A DNA stretch of 64,000 nt from Candidatus Bathyarchaeia archaeon (lineage in GTDB: Archaea > Thermoproteota > Bathyarchaeia > Bathyarchaeales > Bathycorpusculaceae). Where the stretch lies: positions 64,001-128,000 of the forward strand of contig JBEKTQ010000005.1 of the NCBI GenBank assembly GCA_049515895.1. Reading direction: 5' to 3'. Made by a program: the position numbers and the translations under genes. Positions 49,901 through 58,712 of the stretch are shown one piece after another (within the stretch, counting starts at the first letter, position 1; each line of letters starts with the position of its first letter). The notes below the pieces were generated by a model, which saw only the letters and a program-made list of their open reading frames with translations, ran no database searches and was not told the origin of the DNA.

Positions 49901-51028
49901 CGAAGAAGCCGCGCCAGAAGTCGAAAAAGTGTCATAGTTTGTGCCCCCGATGTTCGTGGTTGACTGATGGCTATATAGGGTTTGAGATGTTGTCGAGCTT
50001 ACGTAGCTTCCAAAAGTCATGTATGAGCCGTCGTCGCTTCCCAGATTACCAGGTGAGCCCGAAACCAGGGTTGTTGAACCATCCAAATTGTAGGTTTGGG
50101 GATGATTTGGCTGATTATTGGTTCCCATGTTTGCCTCCGTCAGGGTGTCATAGGTGCCGTTTGGCGCGTACTGTTGCGCTGCAAAGTTGCTATGTGTTCC
50201 CTGATCGGAAATGCCGTCGATGCGCGTGTCGGTTTGGTTCACGTAGTATCCGCCTTTTGTGGTTGTAGTGTTGAAGGTTAGGGTTCCGGTGTAGTGGCTA
50301 AAGGAGGAGGCCGCAACCATGATGCCGCGTGCGTCTTGCACTTGAATAATGAAGGATTGGGAGTTTATTTTTGGAGGAATATTAATTGTGTATGTTCCGT
50401 CGCTTGATACGATTGGGGAGCTAAGTGGCTCCACCATTCCCCATGTTAGGTTGGAGTCTACGTATTGGTAGAATTTGAAGCTGGATTTACCTAAATTGAC
50501 TACGGGTTGGTTGTTTTCCTGCTTGACGGTTAAGCTAACTTGGCTGTTTGACGTTGAATGGAACACTTGCACGCTTAGTGCGGACGATATCGAGTAGGCG
50601 ACGCCGTATACACCTAGTCCTGCCAGGTCATAGGTGACGTTGAGGTTTCCTTGGCTGTAGCTTGAGTTGGTAAACCAATTGGTTCCTAGCGACAGTGAAG
50701 AGACCTTGAACGAGGTGCCCCACTTTGGGTTAACGTCAACTATGTTGGTTAGGCCACTGTTAAGGTAACTGTTCGATTGATCGTAAGCATAGGAGGAGTT
50801 CCCTGTAACTTGCAGGATAGAGCCGTAGTAGCCGACGGTGAAGCCCAGCACCTGTTTCAGGGCGAGGTTGGTTTCGTCCACGGCGCTTATTATTTGCGGG
50901 TTCGTTTGAGGGTCGTTGTAACGTATCGTGGAGTACGTCATCATGACGCTTGAGATGAGGATAACTGCGACGAAAAGGGAAGCGATAATTGAAAACTGGC
51001 CTTTCCTGTTCAGTCTTAGGCTCTTCAT
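46997..51028 (-). CDS. Very large pilin-like adhesin with class III signal peptide
   Basis: MKSLRLNRKG|QFSIIASLFVAVIL; 1343 aa, S/T/N-rich, predicted beta; inside the pilus operon. Confidence 0.8.
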   Translation of the reverse strand: MKSLRLNRKGQFSIIASLFVAVILISSVMMTYSTIRYNDPQTNPQIISAVDETNLALKQVLGFTVGYYGSILQVTGNSSYAYDQSNSYLNSGLTNIVDVNPKWGTSFKVSSLSLGTNWFTNSSYSQGNLNVTYDLAGLGVYGVAYSISSALSVQVFHSTSNSQVSLTVKQENNQPVVNLGKSSFKFYQYVDSNLTWGMVEPLSSPIVSSDGTYTINIPPKINSQSFIIQVQDARGIMVAASSFSHYTGTLTFNTTTTKGGYYVNQTDTRIDGISDQGTHSNFAAQQYAPNGTYDTLTEANMGTNNQPNHPQTYNLDGSTTLVSGSPGNLGSDDGSYMTFGSYVSSTTSQTLYSHQSTTNIGGTNYDTFSTSGAASSGYTFSGSMSSSSTLLGKVVYSLQGLSTIPANTWTFNYRAWKDSVSSVSYDAQSSYTYTGGTTTFSWSHNVGSGNNRLLVVTVAVSKAAGASGPATVSNVKYNGVTMTQESTNAYSSNSNPQVRTYIFYLVAPTSGSHSIQVTMSASSTAVGGAVSYSSVNQSNPVQTQNSAANYGSSPSVAVTATGVGQAVYASIGTNLGQVYSITDNNGASDPRWSQTGQKYMGYGDDVLNPSVGTVTLAWQPSKTVGYACCAVLINPAASVAVGKIDVNILIRESSGTLRQTLVSGVAPSGALTTSASTLSGTYNFPAYTVVSQTDYLEIDYYVSASTQDNTNAYLMIDNSGLTLSQQTSVGNLLLPAQYTCEAELSGKSDLNTWNSLLWEMDADATVANANAVFQLYNYGSGYPGSGNGYFTVTNLGASITPYSQSFLSSSSPAPSQFRDSMGDWTMRFTVTASQPFNVNIDSATFTCGDASFGLNLEEQWINLNMTTLLHPTLCIDAGTMSSNKVAVSAWNGATWQTLSSGLVSGWNNMSINSYLNSGSTTFTIKFTKQGDTALNTWQVAAGLIRPQSNQDIFTSLTNPAATVAVELLQNGTMIWLGQNLKVTSQTIPVPPVPVKALHVNETINGVNQQVPFQIEDWASSYTVPLGLTNNATVFGNRQMVVFLVNTHVSAFTLWWNGSSQAVQTSLAYARSPFSYNTNNNYVSNGQLGIQFNVSPFTATSKVLDSGTTSTANFMQINGFTSTYGSGIDYVIVNGVVRDIVQQEAEWQPTGYPGGVPGCPNLYANIVLTLPANATYFTYQLSLMFISSSQPRNINELCPISLTSTINQLQTENGTSQGDPVAASGTQVFNATQTWIHHWSQFTNGNTGAGIMYTDGFNHALYRFDSMSPATPRGALSANSTSETISLLPVMPQSSLSFTYALDVSWYGAIVTFDNSVIPIYNGVSPGLWVLAEMPPIIDVTCGN

Positions 51029-52387
51029 CTACGTGCCTCCTACCAAACCCAGCTGCAAAACAACCAGACGCGAAGTGTCATAGCTGTTGAAGTCCGAACT
51101 GTAAATCCTCGGCTGATAATAAGAAAGAATAGCCAATGCAGTAATTCTAATGTCAGTCGACCTTGTCAACCCAACGGGAATGAGTTTTCCATGAATTGAA
51201 CCAGTGTTGTCCACATGGGCGAACGTGGAGCCGGCAAGCCATGTTTTTCCGCCGTCAACCTTGGGGGTAAAAACCGATGATTCAGCAACCAAGCTGTAGC
51301 TGCCTTCAATTGTGGATGGGACGGCTCTTGTCGCGGTTTGATATATAGATGGATAAATTCCGTAGTAGTTCATCAATGCTTGCGTTGCAGGCGAAATGAT
51401 CACTTGTTCGCTCTCAGGGTTGTTGCCGCCCCCCAACGTTATCCATCCGACCGTATCGGTAACGTAGGATTCACCGTTTAGTCCTCTCAAGAAACTGTTC
51501 AGCCCTGCTTGTCCAACGCATTTCATCCCAAAAATGCCCCATCCGTTTTGGTCATTTGCGCCGGTAAAGACTCCCGTGTTGGTAACATAGTAGAATGGGT
51601 ACCCCACTATGCTTGTCCATGTCCAATTGTACTGGTTGACTCGTTGGCCTAAAAGATAACAGTACTGCGCATAACCATCGTTTGAGTAGGGAGAAGTGTT
51701 GAAGACAGCTGGAATTGGCACGGCTTCCCCGCAAGTGTTAATAATGACAGCGTTTTGAAGACTTTCTCCATGCAGCGGCGTTCCATTTAATAATTCCCCA
51801 AATTGAGCCGTGTTCTGAATCACCACAGTCTTCGCGAAGTAAGGTGACAGCAAGTTGTAGAGGTCACCCGCCAAGCTTTGAGCGTTGTAACCCGTGATCC
51901 ACCAACCGTCGGAGTCACTGCAGTTCAGAATGTACAGGGTTATTCCGCCGCCGCCACTTGCAGTTTCACCGATTTTCTGCGGAGTAGGGTTGAATGTGAC
52001 GTTAGACGATGAAACAAGGTACGAGGATGCCTCTGAGGAGATGCCTAAGTTCGCGGCGTTTGATACAGAATTTTCGGCAGTGTACAGGGTGTCTCCCCCT
52101 CCGCCGCTGTTAACGTTGTAAACGGTGAGGTTGTAGATGATGTTAGGCGGCAGGGAAGCGGAAATGGCTATTTGCAGGTTTTCCCAGGCGGTTGCGTTTC
52201 CAGTTTCAAAGGCTGCTTCGCTCAAGTCATTGCCTGAGTTCAAAGTCTCCAGCGTTGTAAGCGAGAGACGCCCCAGATCCAACGGGGACACTTGACGGGG
52301 CCAAGGCAAAACCGCAAAATAGGATGTTGCAATGAAAGCGCCTGTCAAGATGATTATTACCATTAAGACTTCGACGGTGCGCATCAT
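51029..52387 (-). CDS. Pilin-like protein (minor pilin/accessory)
   Basis: N-terminal MMRTVEVLMVIIIL hydrophobic helix; conserved-looking LVVLQLG C-terminus; operon context. Confidence 0.75.
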   Translation of the reverse strand: MMRTVEVLMVIIILTGAFIATSYFAVLPWPRQVSPLDLGRLSLTTLETLNSGNDLSEAAFETGNATAWENLQIAISASLPPNIIYNLTVYNVNSGGGGDTLYTAENSVSNAANLGISSEASSYLVSSSNVTFNPTPQKIGETASGGGGITLYILNCSDSDGWWITGYNAQSLAGDLYNLLSPYFAKTVVIQNTAQFGELLNGTPLHGESLQNAVIINTCGEAVPIPAVFNTSPYSNDGYAQYCYLLGQRVNQYNWTWTSIVGYPFYYVTNTGVFTGANDQNGWGIFGMKCVGQAGLNSFLRGLNGESYVTDTVGWITLGGGNNPESEQVIISPATQALMNYYGIYPSIYQTATRAVPSTIEGSYSLVAESSVFTPKVDGGKTWLAGSTFAHVDNTGSIHGKLIPVGLTRSTDIRITALAILSYYQPRIYSSDFNSYDTSRLVVLQLGLVGGT

Positions 52388-52388
52388 T

Positions 52389-53621
52389 TTAGCCAGTCAC
52401 CTGTACTGCTTTTGTGCTCCAAAGCGACAGCTTAGCCTGATAAGCGACGTCGCCGATCATGACCTGCCGCAGGTCGGTTGCAACCCACTCCTGCTGCGAC
52501 GGGTTCCCACCGAAATTAACTGGAAAACCCAGTGCGCTTATGCCCCAAGGCATGATTATGACGCCCCCTAGGCTAGCGCTTTCCTGGTACGTGAGGATCA
52601 AAATGCCTGTCGTGCAGGTTGGCAGGGTAACGTTTTCCACGGGGTTTCCTATGCCAGACATGATGTAGCCGTAGGTTCCGCTGCCTGAACCCAGAGACAA
52701 TTCGCTCAGGGTATAGTCTTGGGTTGAAATCACGAAGGTTGCATTGTACTTTAAGCTGGCAGTCGGAGCGTTAGAATTGTTCAAATCATAGCTGTGAGCT
52801 AAAACAATCGTTTGGGAACCTATGTCTTGAACAACTGGAACCAAGTACTGGTCAGATTCGGAGGTGCGTGTGTGGTAGCCGACTCCTACGACGCCGTCAA
52901 GGCGGGCGTACGCGATGAACGCGTAAACTTCCGATGGGTCGGTCACGGTTGAGAAGGTAACGGAAGCTTTTCCCTGCGTGTCGGTGAATGTGGTGCCGTT
53001 CAACAGCTCGTAAGATGGATATTGAGCGGGCGTACTGCCTAAAGTGACTAAGAAAAGACAATAATTTACCTCTGCGTTCGCAAATGGAAAACTTGCTCCA
53101 GTCGCAGTTAAAGAAAGGGTTAGCGGAGAGCAAGAGTGAGTTTCACTTACTGATACTGTCACGTCGGGGGTCAGGGAAAGTTGGAAGCCGTAGGTGCCTT
53201 TTATCCCAAGCAGCGTCAACGCTTTGGAGTAGTTTAGGGCGTCAGCGTTCGGAGTCACTAAAGCCGCTCCAGCGCCAGGCGTAACCCTCGTGTACATATT
53301 ATTAGGCGTCTTATCATATTCAAGCAGGTCCCCCGAGGCGCCGAGCCGCATAAGCGAAAAGGCACTCAACTCGTATTGGGTGAACTCTGGGTCCTGCACG
53401 CCGAAACTTGCTGGAGTCACATCGCTTTGCCCCCAGTTGTTTGGGCTTCCTGGATTAAGCAGCATTTCATCAAGGAGGTCACTGCATTTCGTGGCGGTGG
53501 CTTGGTGTTCTTGGTAGACGACTGCGGTTTGGATGGTTTGACCGAAAAGGGTGACGAAAAGCAGTATAGCCGCTAAGAAAATGATTATTGAGACTATGTG
53601 GTCTATCGATACGCTTGACAG
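52389..53621 (-). CDS. Pilin-like protein, probable CTG start
   Basis: The frame is open for 52 codons above ATG 53465 (SSVSIDHIVSIIIFLAAILLFVTLF...). CTG at 53621 follows GGAGG-N8. Confidence 0.75.
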   Translation of the reverse strand: MSSVSIDHIVSIIIFLAAILLFVTLFGQTIQTAVVYQEHQATATKCSDLLDEMLLNPGSPNNWGQSDVTPASFGVQDPEFTQYELSAFSLMRLGASGDLLEYDKTPNNMYTRVTPGAGAALVTPNADALNYSKALTLLGIKGTYGFQLSLTPDVTVSVSETHSCSPLTLSLTATGASFPFANAEVNYCLFLVTLGSTPAQYPSYELLNGTTFTDTQGKASVTFSTVTDPSEVYAFIAYARLDGVVGVGYHTRTSESDQYLVPVVQDIGSQTIVLAHSYDLNNSNAPTASLKYNATFVISTQDYTLSELSLGSGSGTYGYIMSGIGNPVENVTLPTCTTGILILTYQESASLGGVIIMPWGISALGFPVNFGGNPSQQEWVATDLRQVMIGDVAYQAKLSLWSTKAVQVTG

Positions 53622-53635
53622 TTTTTTGTCCTCCG

Positions 53636-54115
53636 CTAGCTGCCGAATTCCAGCTGGATGGTTTGGTTAGCGAGTTTTTGGGCGAGTAAGCAGGCTGTCG
53701 GCGGGTTGCCTACAAGCTCTGAGTTTATCCACTGGACGTTTTGCCCAAGCGTTACTTCAGTGGAGGTTGAGAGTTGTTTGCCTACCAAACTTAATGTTAC
53801 GTCAAGCACTTTGCATGCGCCGTAATCAGTATTCGAAACCGCGTGCAACGTCGCCGTAGCCGTAAAATTGTACCCTTCTATTGTCGGCGCAAAAGGAAGA
53901 GTGCTGTTGAATTTGCAACTTAGGATAGATGTGTGGTTAAGGGAAAGGTATGTTTGTTCAATGACGCTGCCCAAGCTGCTGGCTGTCTGTTGAAGTTCCA
54001 GCGTCTGACGGTCACCAACCCATTGACCCATCACTGCGCTAACGATCATTGGGAATAGGAAAATCTGAAGAATCAAAACCGGAATCAAAATCATGTATTC
54101 AACTGTGGGCTGCAT
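53636..54115 (-). CDS. Small pilin-like protein
   Basis: MQPTVEYMILIPVLILQIFLFP; AGGAGG SD. Confidence 0.8.
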   Translation of the reverse strand: MQPTVEYMILIPVLILQIFLFPMIVSAVMGQWVGDRQTLELQQTASSLGSVIEQTYLSLNHTSILSCKFNSTLPFAPTIEGYNFTATATLHAVSNTDYGACKVLDVTLSLVGKQLSTSTEVTLGQNVQWINSELVGNPPTACLLAQKLANQTIQLEFGS

Positions 54116-54128
54116 CGATGATCCTCCT

Positions 54129-54989
54129 TCAAGCGTACAATCCTATCGAAACTGAAACGGTACCGTTGTACAACTCCAAAGTTGGAAGATTTGGCCCGAT
54201 GAATGTTCGAGTTTCGGTCATGGTTTTGAAAGGGAAGAACGATGAATCGAAACCTTTGCTTGCCAACGGAAAAGACGCCGTGATGGACACTGTAGTGACC
54301 CCCGCTGTCACGTCTTGATCGACGTTTCGGCAGATCAGTGTAACGGATTGCGAGAGACCAGGGCTGGTTCCGTTTGTCAACAAGGGCAAGTAGAACTGAA
54401 CGTAATTCTGGGAGCCAACAACGGTGTTCATCATTCTGATGGTTGGAACTATAACTATTCTCGCGAAGTTTCCGTCGCTCATAGGCAACTTTTCGATTGC
54501 GTAAACACAGGTGTCGGGCGCTGCGGAGCCATTCTGCAGAAACTCTCGGTTTCCCTGCGATAGGACACTCAAGTAGTTTTTGCCGAGCGAATATTCGGTC
54601 GTGGGCACATTGTACAGGATTATGCCAGTGTGAAAAGTGCGCCAGACCACGTTGTTAACGGTTATCGTGTACGTCAACGCGTTAGGCAATGCTTCTAAGC
54701 TGCCGTAGGTGCTTGAGTACTGTATTGTTTGAGCCCTATCAATCATCCAAGCAACATTATCGATTTGGAGACCTGTGGTAAGCATGAACTGCTGGTTGGT
54801 GCTGAACTCATTTTGGGCTATGCTTGAGGCAAGATACCTTTGCCCGTACGACATGGCAACGAGAACCAAGACAATAATGGCGGCAGTCATGATTACCGTG
54901 GAGATGGCGGGGCTAAGTCCTCTGCTGTCTTTACGCAGCAGTTTTCTTTTACCCCGAAGCCTTATTGACCACATTTTTTGCATCTCCAA
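54129..54989 (-). CDS. Archaeal type IV pilin-like protein with class III signal peptide
   Basis: Basic leader ...RKDSRG|LSPAISTVIMTAAIIVLVLVAM. Confidence 0.85.
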   Translation of the reverse strand: MEMQKMWSIRLRGKRKLLRKDSRGLSPAISTVIMTAAIIVLVLVAMSYGQRYLASSIAQNEFSTNQQFMLTTGLQIDNVAWMIDRAQTIQYSSTYGSLEALPNALTYTITVNNVVWRTFHTGIILYNVPTTEYSLGKNYLSVLSQGNREFLQNGSAAPDTCVYAIEKLPMSDGNFARIVIVPTIRMMNTVVGSQNYVQFYLPLLTNGTSPGLSQSVTLICRNVDQDVTAGVTTVSITASFPLASKGFDSSFFPFKTMTETRTFIGPNLPTLELYNGTVSVSIGLYA

Positions 54990-56717
54990 TCAAAGCTTAA
55001 TAAACATCGGAATCAGCTTTGCAGCAACCACGGCTATGACGACCAGAACTGCGGCGTGTTTGAATCCTGCAGCGATAGATTCCTCACTGATTTTTCCGGC
55101 TACTATACCGATTAGGTAGCTGTTGAAGACCACTGAAGTAAGGAATATTGTCTGCACCATGCCCTTTGCCGCTGCACTCGTCGCTGTGACACCTGTAGTT
55201 GTCGTGTTAAAGCCAGTTGTGAAACTCAACATCATCGTTGTCGTTGCGACAAGAAGAACCGCAGCGAGATACGGCATCATTATGTATGGGCGGACCGACA
55301 TTTTCTTTTCTTTTTCCACTTCGGAAGTCAAATTGTTAAAGCTGGCCAAAGATTCAATCATGGCGATGGTTCCGCCGCCTACATCAACAGTTTCCACCAA
55401 CAGAAACATCACGATCTGAACCATCCAACTTTTAGTCCGATGCAAGAAATCCATCATAACCCGCTTCAGAGGAATTCCCCAGGAAATTTCTGCGCTGATC
55501 TTTCGCAGTTCTCTGCTGAAGGCTCCGTAGTCTCGTTTGGACAAGCTTTCAATGCATTTTTCCGGTGACAAACCAGTTTTTCGAACTTCCGTCAAGTCAC
55601 GAAGGAAACTAGTGACCCCCGCCTCCAAGCTACTTTGTCTCTTAGCCATTTTCAAGTGCACGATCCCTGCTGGCGCTGCAGAGATGCAAAGGGCTGCAGC
55701 TATGGCTATGGGCAAGTCGAGACCCGATGATATCAAGGTGGTGAAGACCGGCAGTTTTGTCGCGCCCATAAAGTTGGTAAGCAGCAGCAATACGACTACG
55801 CCTACGGCGGATGAAGCGGCGAAGATTTTGTATGGCTTCATTTCAATAATAGGCGTCCTCGGTTGCATGCTGTGAGCCATATAAATGAACATTACCGAGA
55901 GCAAAGGCGTGAAAAGGTAAGTGTACATGAGTATTCCCGAGAAAGTTGAAAGGGTTGGGTTAGCAGTTGTTGCTCCACCTTGAACCTGCTGCACAGCGAA
56001 CAGTATGTAGAAGCAAAGCGACATCATAACCATGACAATAATGAAAGTTTCCAGCAACATTCCGAGGCGTTCTGCAGCTGCTTTGACGCGTAATGCTCGG
56101 GTTTTGAATATGTCTTCGGCTTTACGTTCGAGGAAGTGCCCGATGTCGCCGCCGATAATGACAGTTGAGGCGTAGCCACTTAGAAAGTCTTTGAATATAT
56201 CCAGCGGATTCTTTTTCGCAGCTTGCTCAAGTGCTGTCAGAGGATCCACACCGAAGACTTCAACATCTTTCATAATGTCTTGCGCTTCTTTAGACATCGC
56301 AGGCATCAAGTCAACATCAGACAAACGCTTAAAACTGGTGTATGGAGCAATTCCTCCAGACGCCATAACGCTAATGTATGCAGCTGCGAAAGGCATCTCC
56401 CGTTCCAAGGCTGAAGACCTATCGCTGGCCTTGGATGTCGGCATGAATAGGAATCCAACTGCAGCAAAGGCCGGGATTGGGACAAGAATCAGCAGCGGCA
56501 TAAAATGAGTAAATATAACAAGCAATATGCCCAGGACTGAAACTGGAAGAGTAAGCAGGATAGTGAAGAACATCATAGAAATGTAAGTGTCATGAAATAT
56601 TCTGACGCGGCCTTTCTCCAAAGCCTCCTTGATAGGGAAAACATGTTCCTGAAAATACTGGGCCAGACGCCCAAACAGGCGATATGAAAGGGCCTCAAAT
56701 TTTTGGCTCAGCGGCAA
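54990..56717 (-). CDS. Type IV pilus membrane platform protein (TadC/FlaJ, two T2SS-F domains)
   Basis: EREMPFA...MASGG, FLRDLTE..KTG, multiple TMs, GIVAGKI. Confidence 0.92.
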   Translation of the reverse strand: MPLSQKFEALSYRLFGRLAQYFQEHVFPIKEALEKGRVRIFHDTYISMMFFTILLTLPVSVLGILLVIFTHFMPLLILVPIPAFAAVGFLFMPTSKASDRSSALEREMPFAAAYISVMASGGIAPYTSFKRLSDVDLMPAMSKEAQDIMKDVEVFGVDPLTALEQAAKKNPLDIFKDFLSGYASTVIIGGDIGHFLERKAEDIFKTRALRVKAAAERLGMLLETFIIVMVMMSLCFYILFAVQQVQGGATTANPTLSTFSGILMYTYLFTPLLSVMFIYMAHSMQPRTPIIEMKPYKIFAASSAVGVVVLLLLTNFMGATKLPVFTTLISSGLDLPIAIAAALCISAAPAGIVHLKMAKRQSSLEAGVTSFLRDLTEVRKTGLSPEKCIESLSKRDYGAFSRELRKISAEISWGIPLKRVMMDFLHRTKSWMVQIVMFLLVETVDVGGGTIAMIESLASFNNLTSEVEKEKKMSVRPYIMMPYLAAVLLVATTTMMLSFTTGFNTTTTGVTATSAAAKGMVQTIFLTSVVFNSYLIGIVAGKISEESIAAGFKHAAVLVVIAVVAAKLIPMFIKL

Positions 56718-58515
56718 CCGGTTTTTCCTCCTCGCTCATTCTAATTTTTTGGTAAAATTCTTTTGGCCGTGCATAGTACTCCGCGATTATGCGCGCTACC
56801 TCTTTGTAGCTCCGGATTTTTTGTTGCCGCATCCAATGCAGAACTTCGCTTCGCCTCTTAGTTTCCTCAATCAAATCTGCTGTCGTCTGACCGACCCGTT
56901 TGGCTATTGACGCATACATTGCGCTGCTGCTGAGAGAGGCAACTTGCTGGTCTGCAATTGGATCCCAAGTGAATATGTTTGCGTAGTTTTCGTAACCCAC
57001 GATTTCATTCGTTGAAAGGATGCGTCTGTAAGCCTTCTTCACTCCGGACTTGACCAAGTGAACCCTCTGAACAGAGATTACTATGTTCATTAATGGAATG
57101 TAAGCCGGAGAAATTTCCATAGGTTTCTGAGTTAACCTTTTCACGGCGGAATCCAAGTTTTCAGCGTGCATCGTGCACATCCCACCGTGACCTGTTGCTA
57201 AAGCTTGGAACAGGACGTACGCTTCTTCTCCTCGGACTTCGCCTACAATTAGCATGTCGGGGCGGTGTCTCATTGAGGCTTTTACCAAGTCAAAAAGAGG
57301 GACTTCACCGATGGCGTTTCCGCCTAAACCATAGCTTTGACGACTAATAAGTGAGACCCAGTTTTCATGGGATAAGTTTAACTCAGCGGTTTCTTCGATG
57401 GTGATGATTTTGCTTCCAGGCTTAATAAGGCAAGCCATAGCGTTCAACGCGGTTGTTTTGCCTGCAGCTGTTCCGCCGAGAATCATGACTGAAGCGCGGT
57501 TTTCAAGCAGTATCCAAAGGTAAGCGGCGAGTTCTTCGGAGAAAGTGCCGGTGTTGATTAAGTCGATAATTGAGTATGGGTCATCCCTGAATTTTCTGAT
57601 GGTGAAGGCTGTGCCGAAGGGCGTGATTTCTCGGCGGTAACAAACGGCCAAGCGGTGTTTGCCAGGGAGCGATGCGTCGACTATTGGGAAAGCGGAGCTT
57701 ACATGTTTCCCAGCCATGTGAACAAGTTTTCCAACCATGTTATCGAGGATTTCGTCGTTTTCGAATTGAACGTTGGTTTCGATGCTTTCAAAGGTTCGAT
57801 GCCAAATGTAAACTGATTTGTTAACACCGTCGCAAGAAATATCTTCAATGTTGGGGTCGCGCATTAACGGGTCAATTTTGCCGAAACCAACAAGGTCCCG
57901 TTCTGCATGATAGAGGATTTTGTACCATGAAACGTCAGGCAACCAGCCGAGGCTAATGCGGTACTTATCCACGATTTTCTTGGCTTCTTCGGCGAAGAAT
58001 TTTCTGGGGTCTGGGATTTCTTCTTTCGGCGACTCGATTTCAGCAAGTAATATTTCAAGAACGCGATTGTATATTCCCCGTTCAAAATTGTCTAGTTGAA
58101 GCTCGTCTAGAATGTAACGATATTCTCCTGTTTTTGGGTCTTGAACAATGAAAACCTGTGCAAACGGCTCGTAAAGAGAATACTTGTCGATTACTTTCAA
58201 TGATTTAGGCAAGGCCTTGTTCACAGTCGGAAGGTCTTGTTCTAGTTTTTTCTTCTTGAAGATGGAACTTAATTTGGGCAGCTTGAATCTCTTTTTTGTG
58301 TTTTCTTTTTTGTTTTCTTTGGTCTTGATTTCTTGTGGTGCTATTTCTTGTTTTGCCGGTTTTTTCTTTGGTTTTAGTTTGGCAAAGGCTTGATTCAGTT
58401 TTTCTTTTAAGCTTTGGTTTGCCATTGTTGGTTTATCTTGTTTTGCCGGCTTTTTCTTTGGTTTTAGTTTGGCAAAAGCTTGATTCAGTTTTTCTTTTAA
58501 GCTTTGGTTGGGCAT
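56695..58515 (-). CDS. Type IV pilus assembly ATPase (TadA/VirB11/FlaI family)
   Basis: GGTAAGKTT, IEETAEL, RHRPD.LIVGEVRG, TGHGG..TMHA. Confidence 0.95.
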   Translation of the reverse strand: MPNQSLKEKLNQAFAKLKPKKKPAKQDKPTMANQSLKEKLNQAFAKLKPKKKPAKQEIAPQEIKTKENKKENTKKRFKLPKLSSIFKKKKLEQDLPTVNKALPKSLKVIDKYSLYEPFAQVFIVQDPKTGEYRYILDELQLDNFERGIYNRVLEILLAEIESPKEEIPDPRKFFAEEAKKIVDKYRISLGWLPDVSWYKILYHAERDLVGFGKIDPLMRDPNIEDISCDGVNKSVYIWHRTFESIETNVQFENDEILDNMVGKLVHMAGKHVSSAFPIVDASLPGKHRLAVCYRREITPFGTAFTIRKFRDDPYSIIDLINTGTFSEELAAYLWILLENRASVMILGGTAAGKTTALNAMACLIKPGSKIITIEETAELNLSHENWVSLISRQSYGLGGNAIGEVPLFDLVKASMRHRPDMLIVGEVRGEEAYVLFQALATGHGGMCTMHAENLDSAVKRLTQKPMEISPAYIPLMNIVISVQRVHLVKSGVKKAYRRILSTNEIVGYENYANIFTWDPIADQQVASLSSSAMYASIAKRVGQTTADLIEETKRRSEVLHWMRQQKIRSYKEVARIIAEYYARPKEFYQKIRMSEEEKPVAAEPKI

Positions 58516-58529
58516 TGTTGGTCTATCTT
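58346..58529 (-). repeat. 90-bp tandem duplication spanning the ATPase translation start
   Basis: MPNQSLKEKLNQAFAKLKPKKKPAKQD / MANQSLKEKLNQAFAKLKPKKKPAKQE. The upstream AAGATA(G/A)ACCAACA is duplicated too. Confidence 0.95.
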
Positions 58530-58712
58530 AGGGTTCGGTTTTTCAGCTATTAAATATTATGTCTCAATATACACTAATGTCGAAGTGTTTAACACAACTA
58601 CACCAAACAACCAAGCAACAATCTACCCACTCCTCAAAACCCTCCCGCAACATCACAACAAATTTAAACCAACAAGTTATGTCACTACACAAAAGATCAT
58701 GCTCTGACCGAT

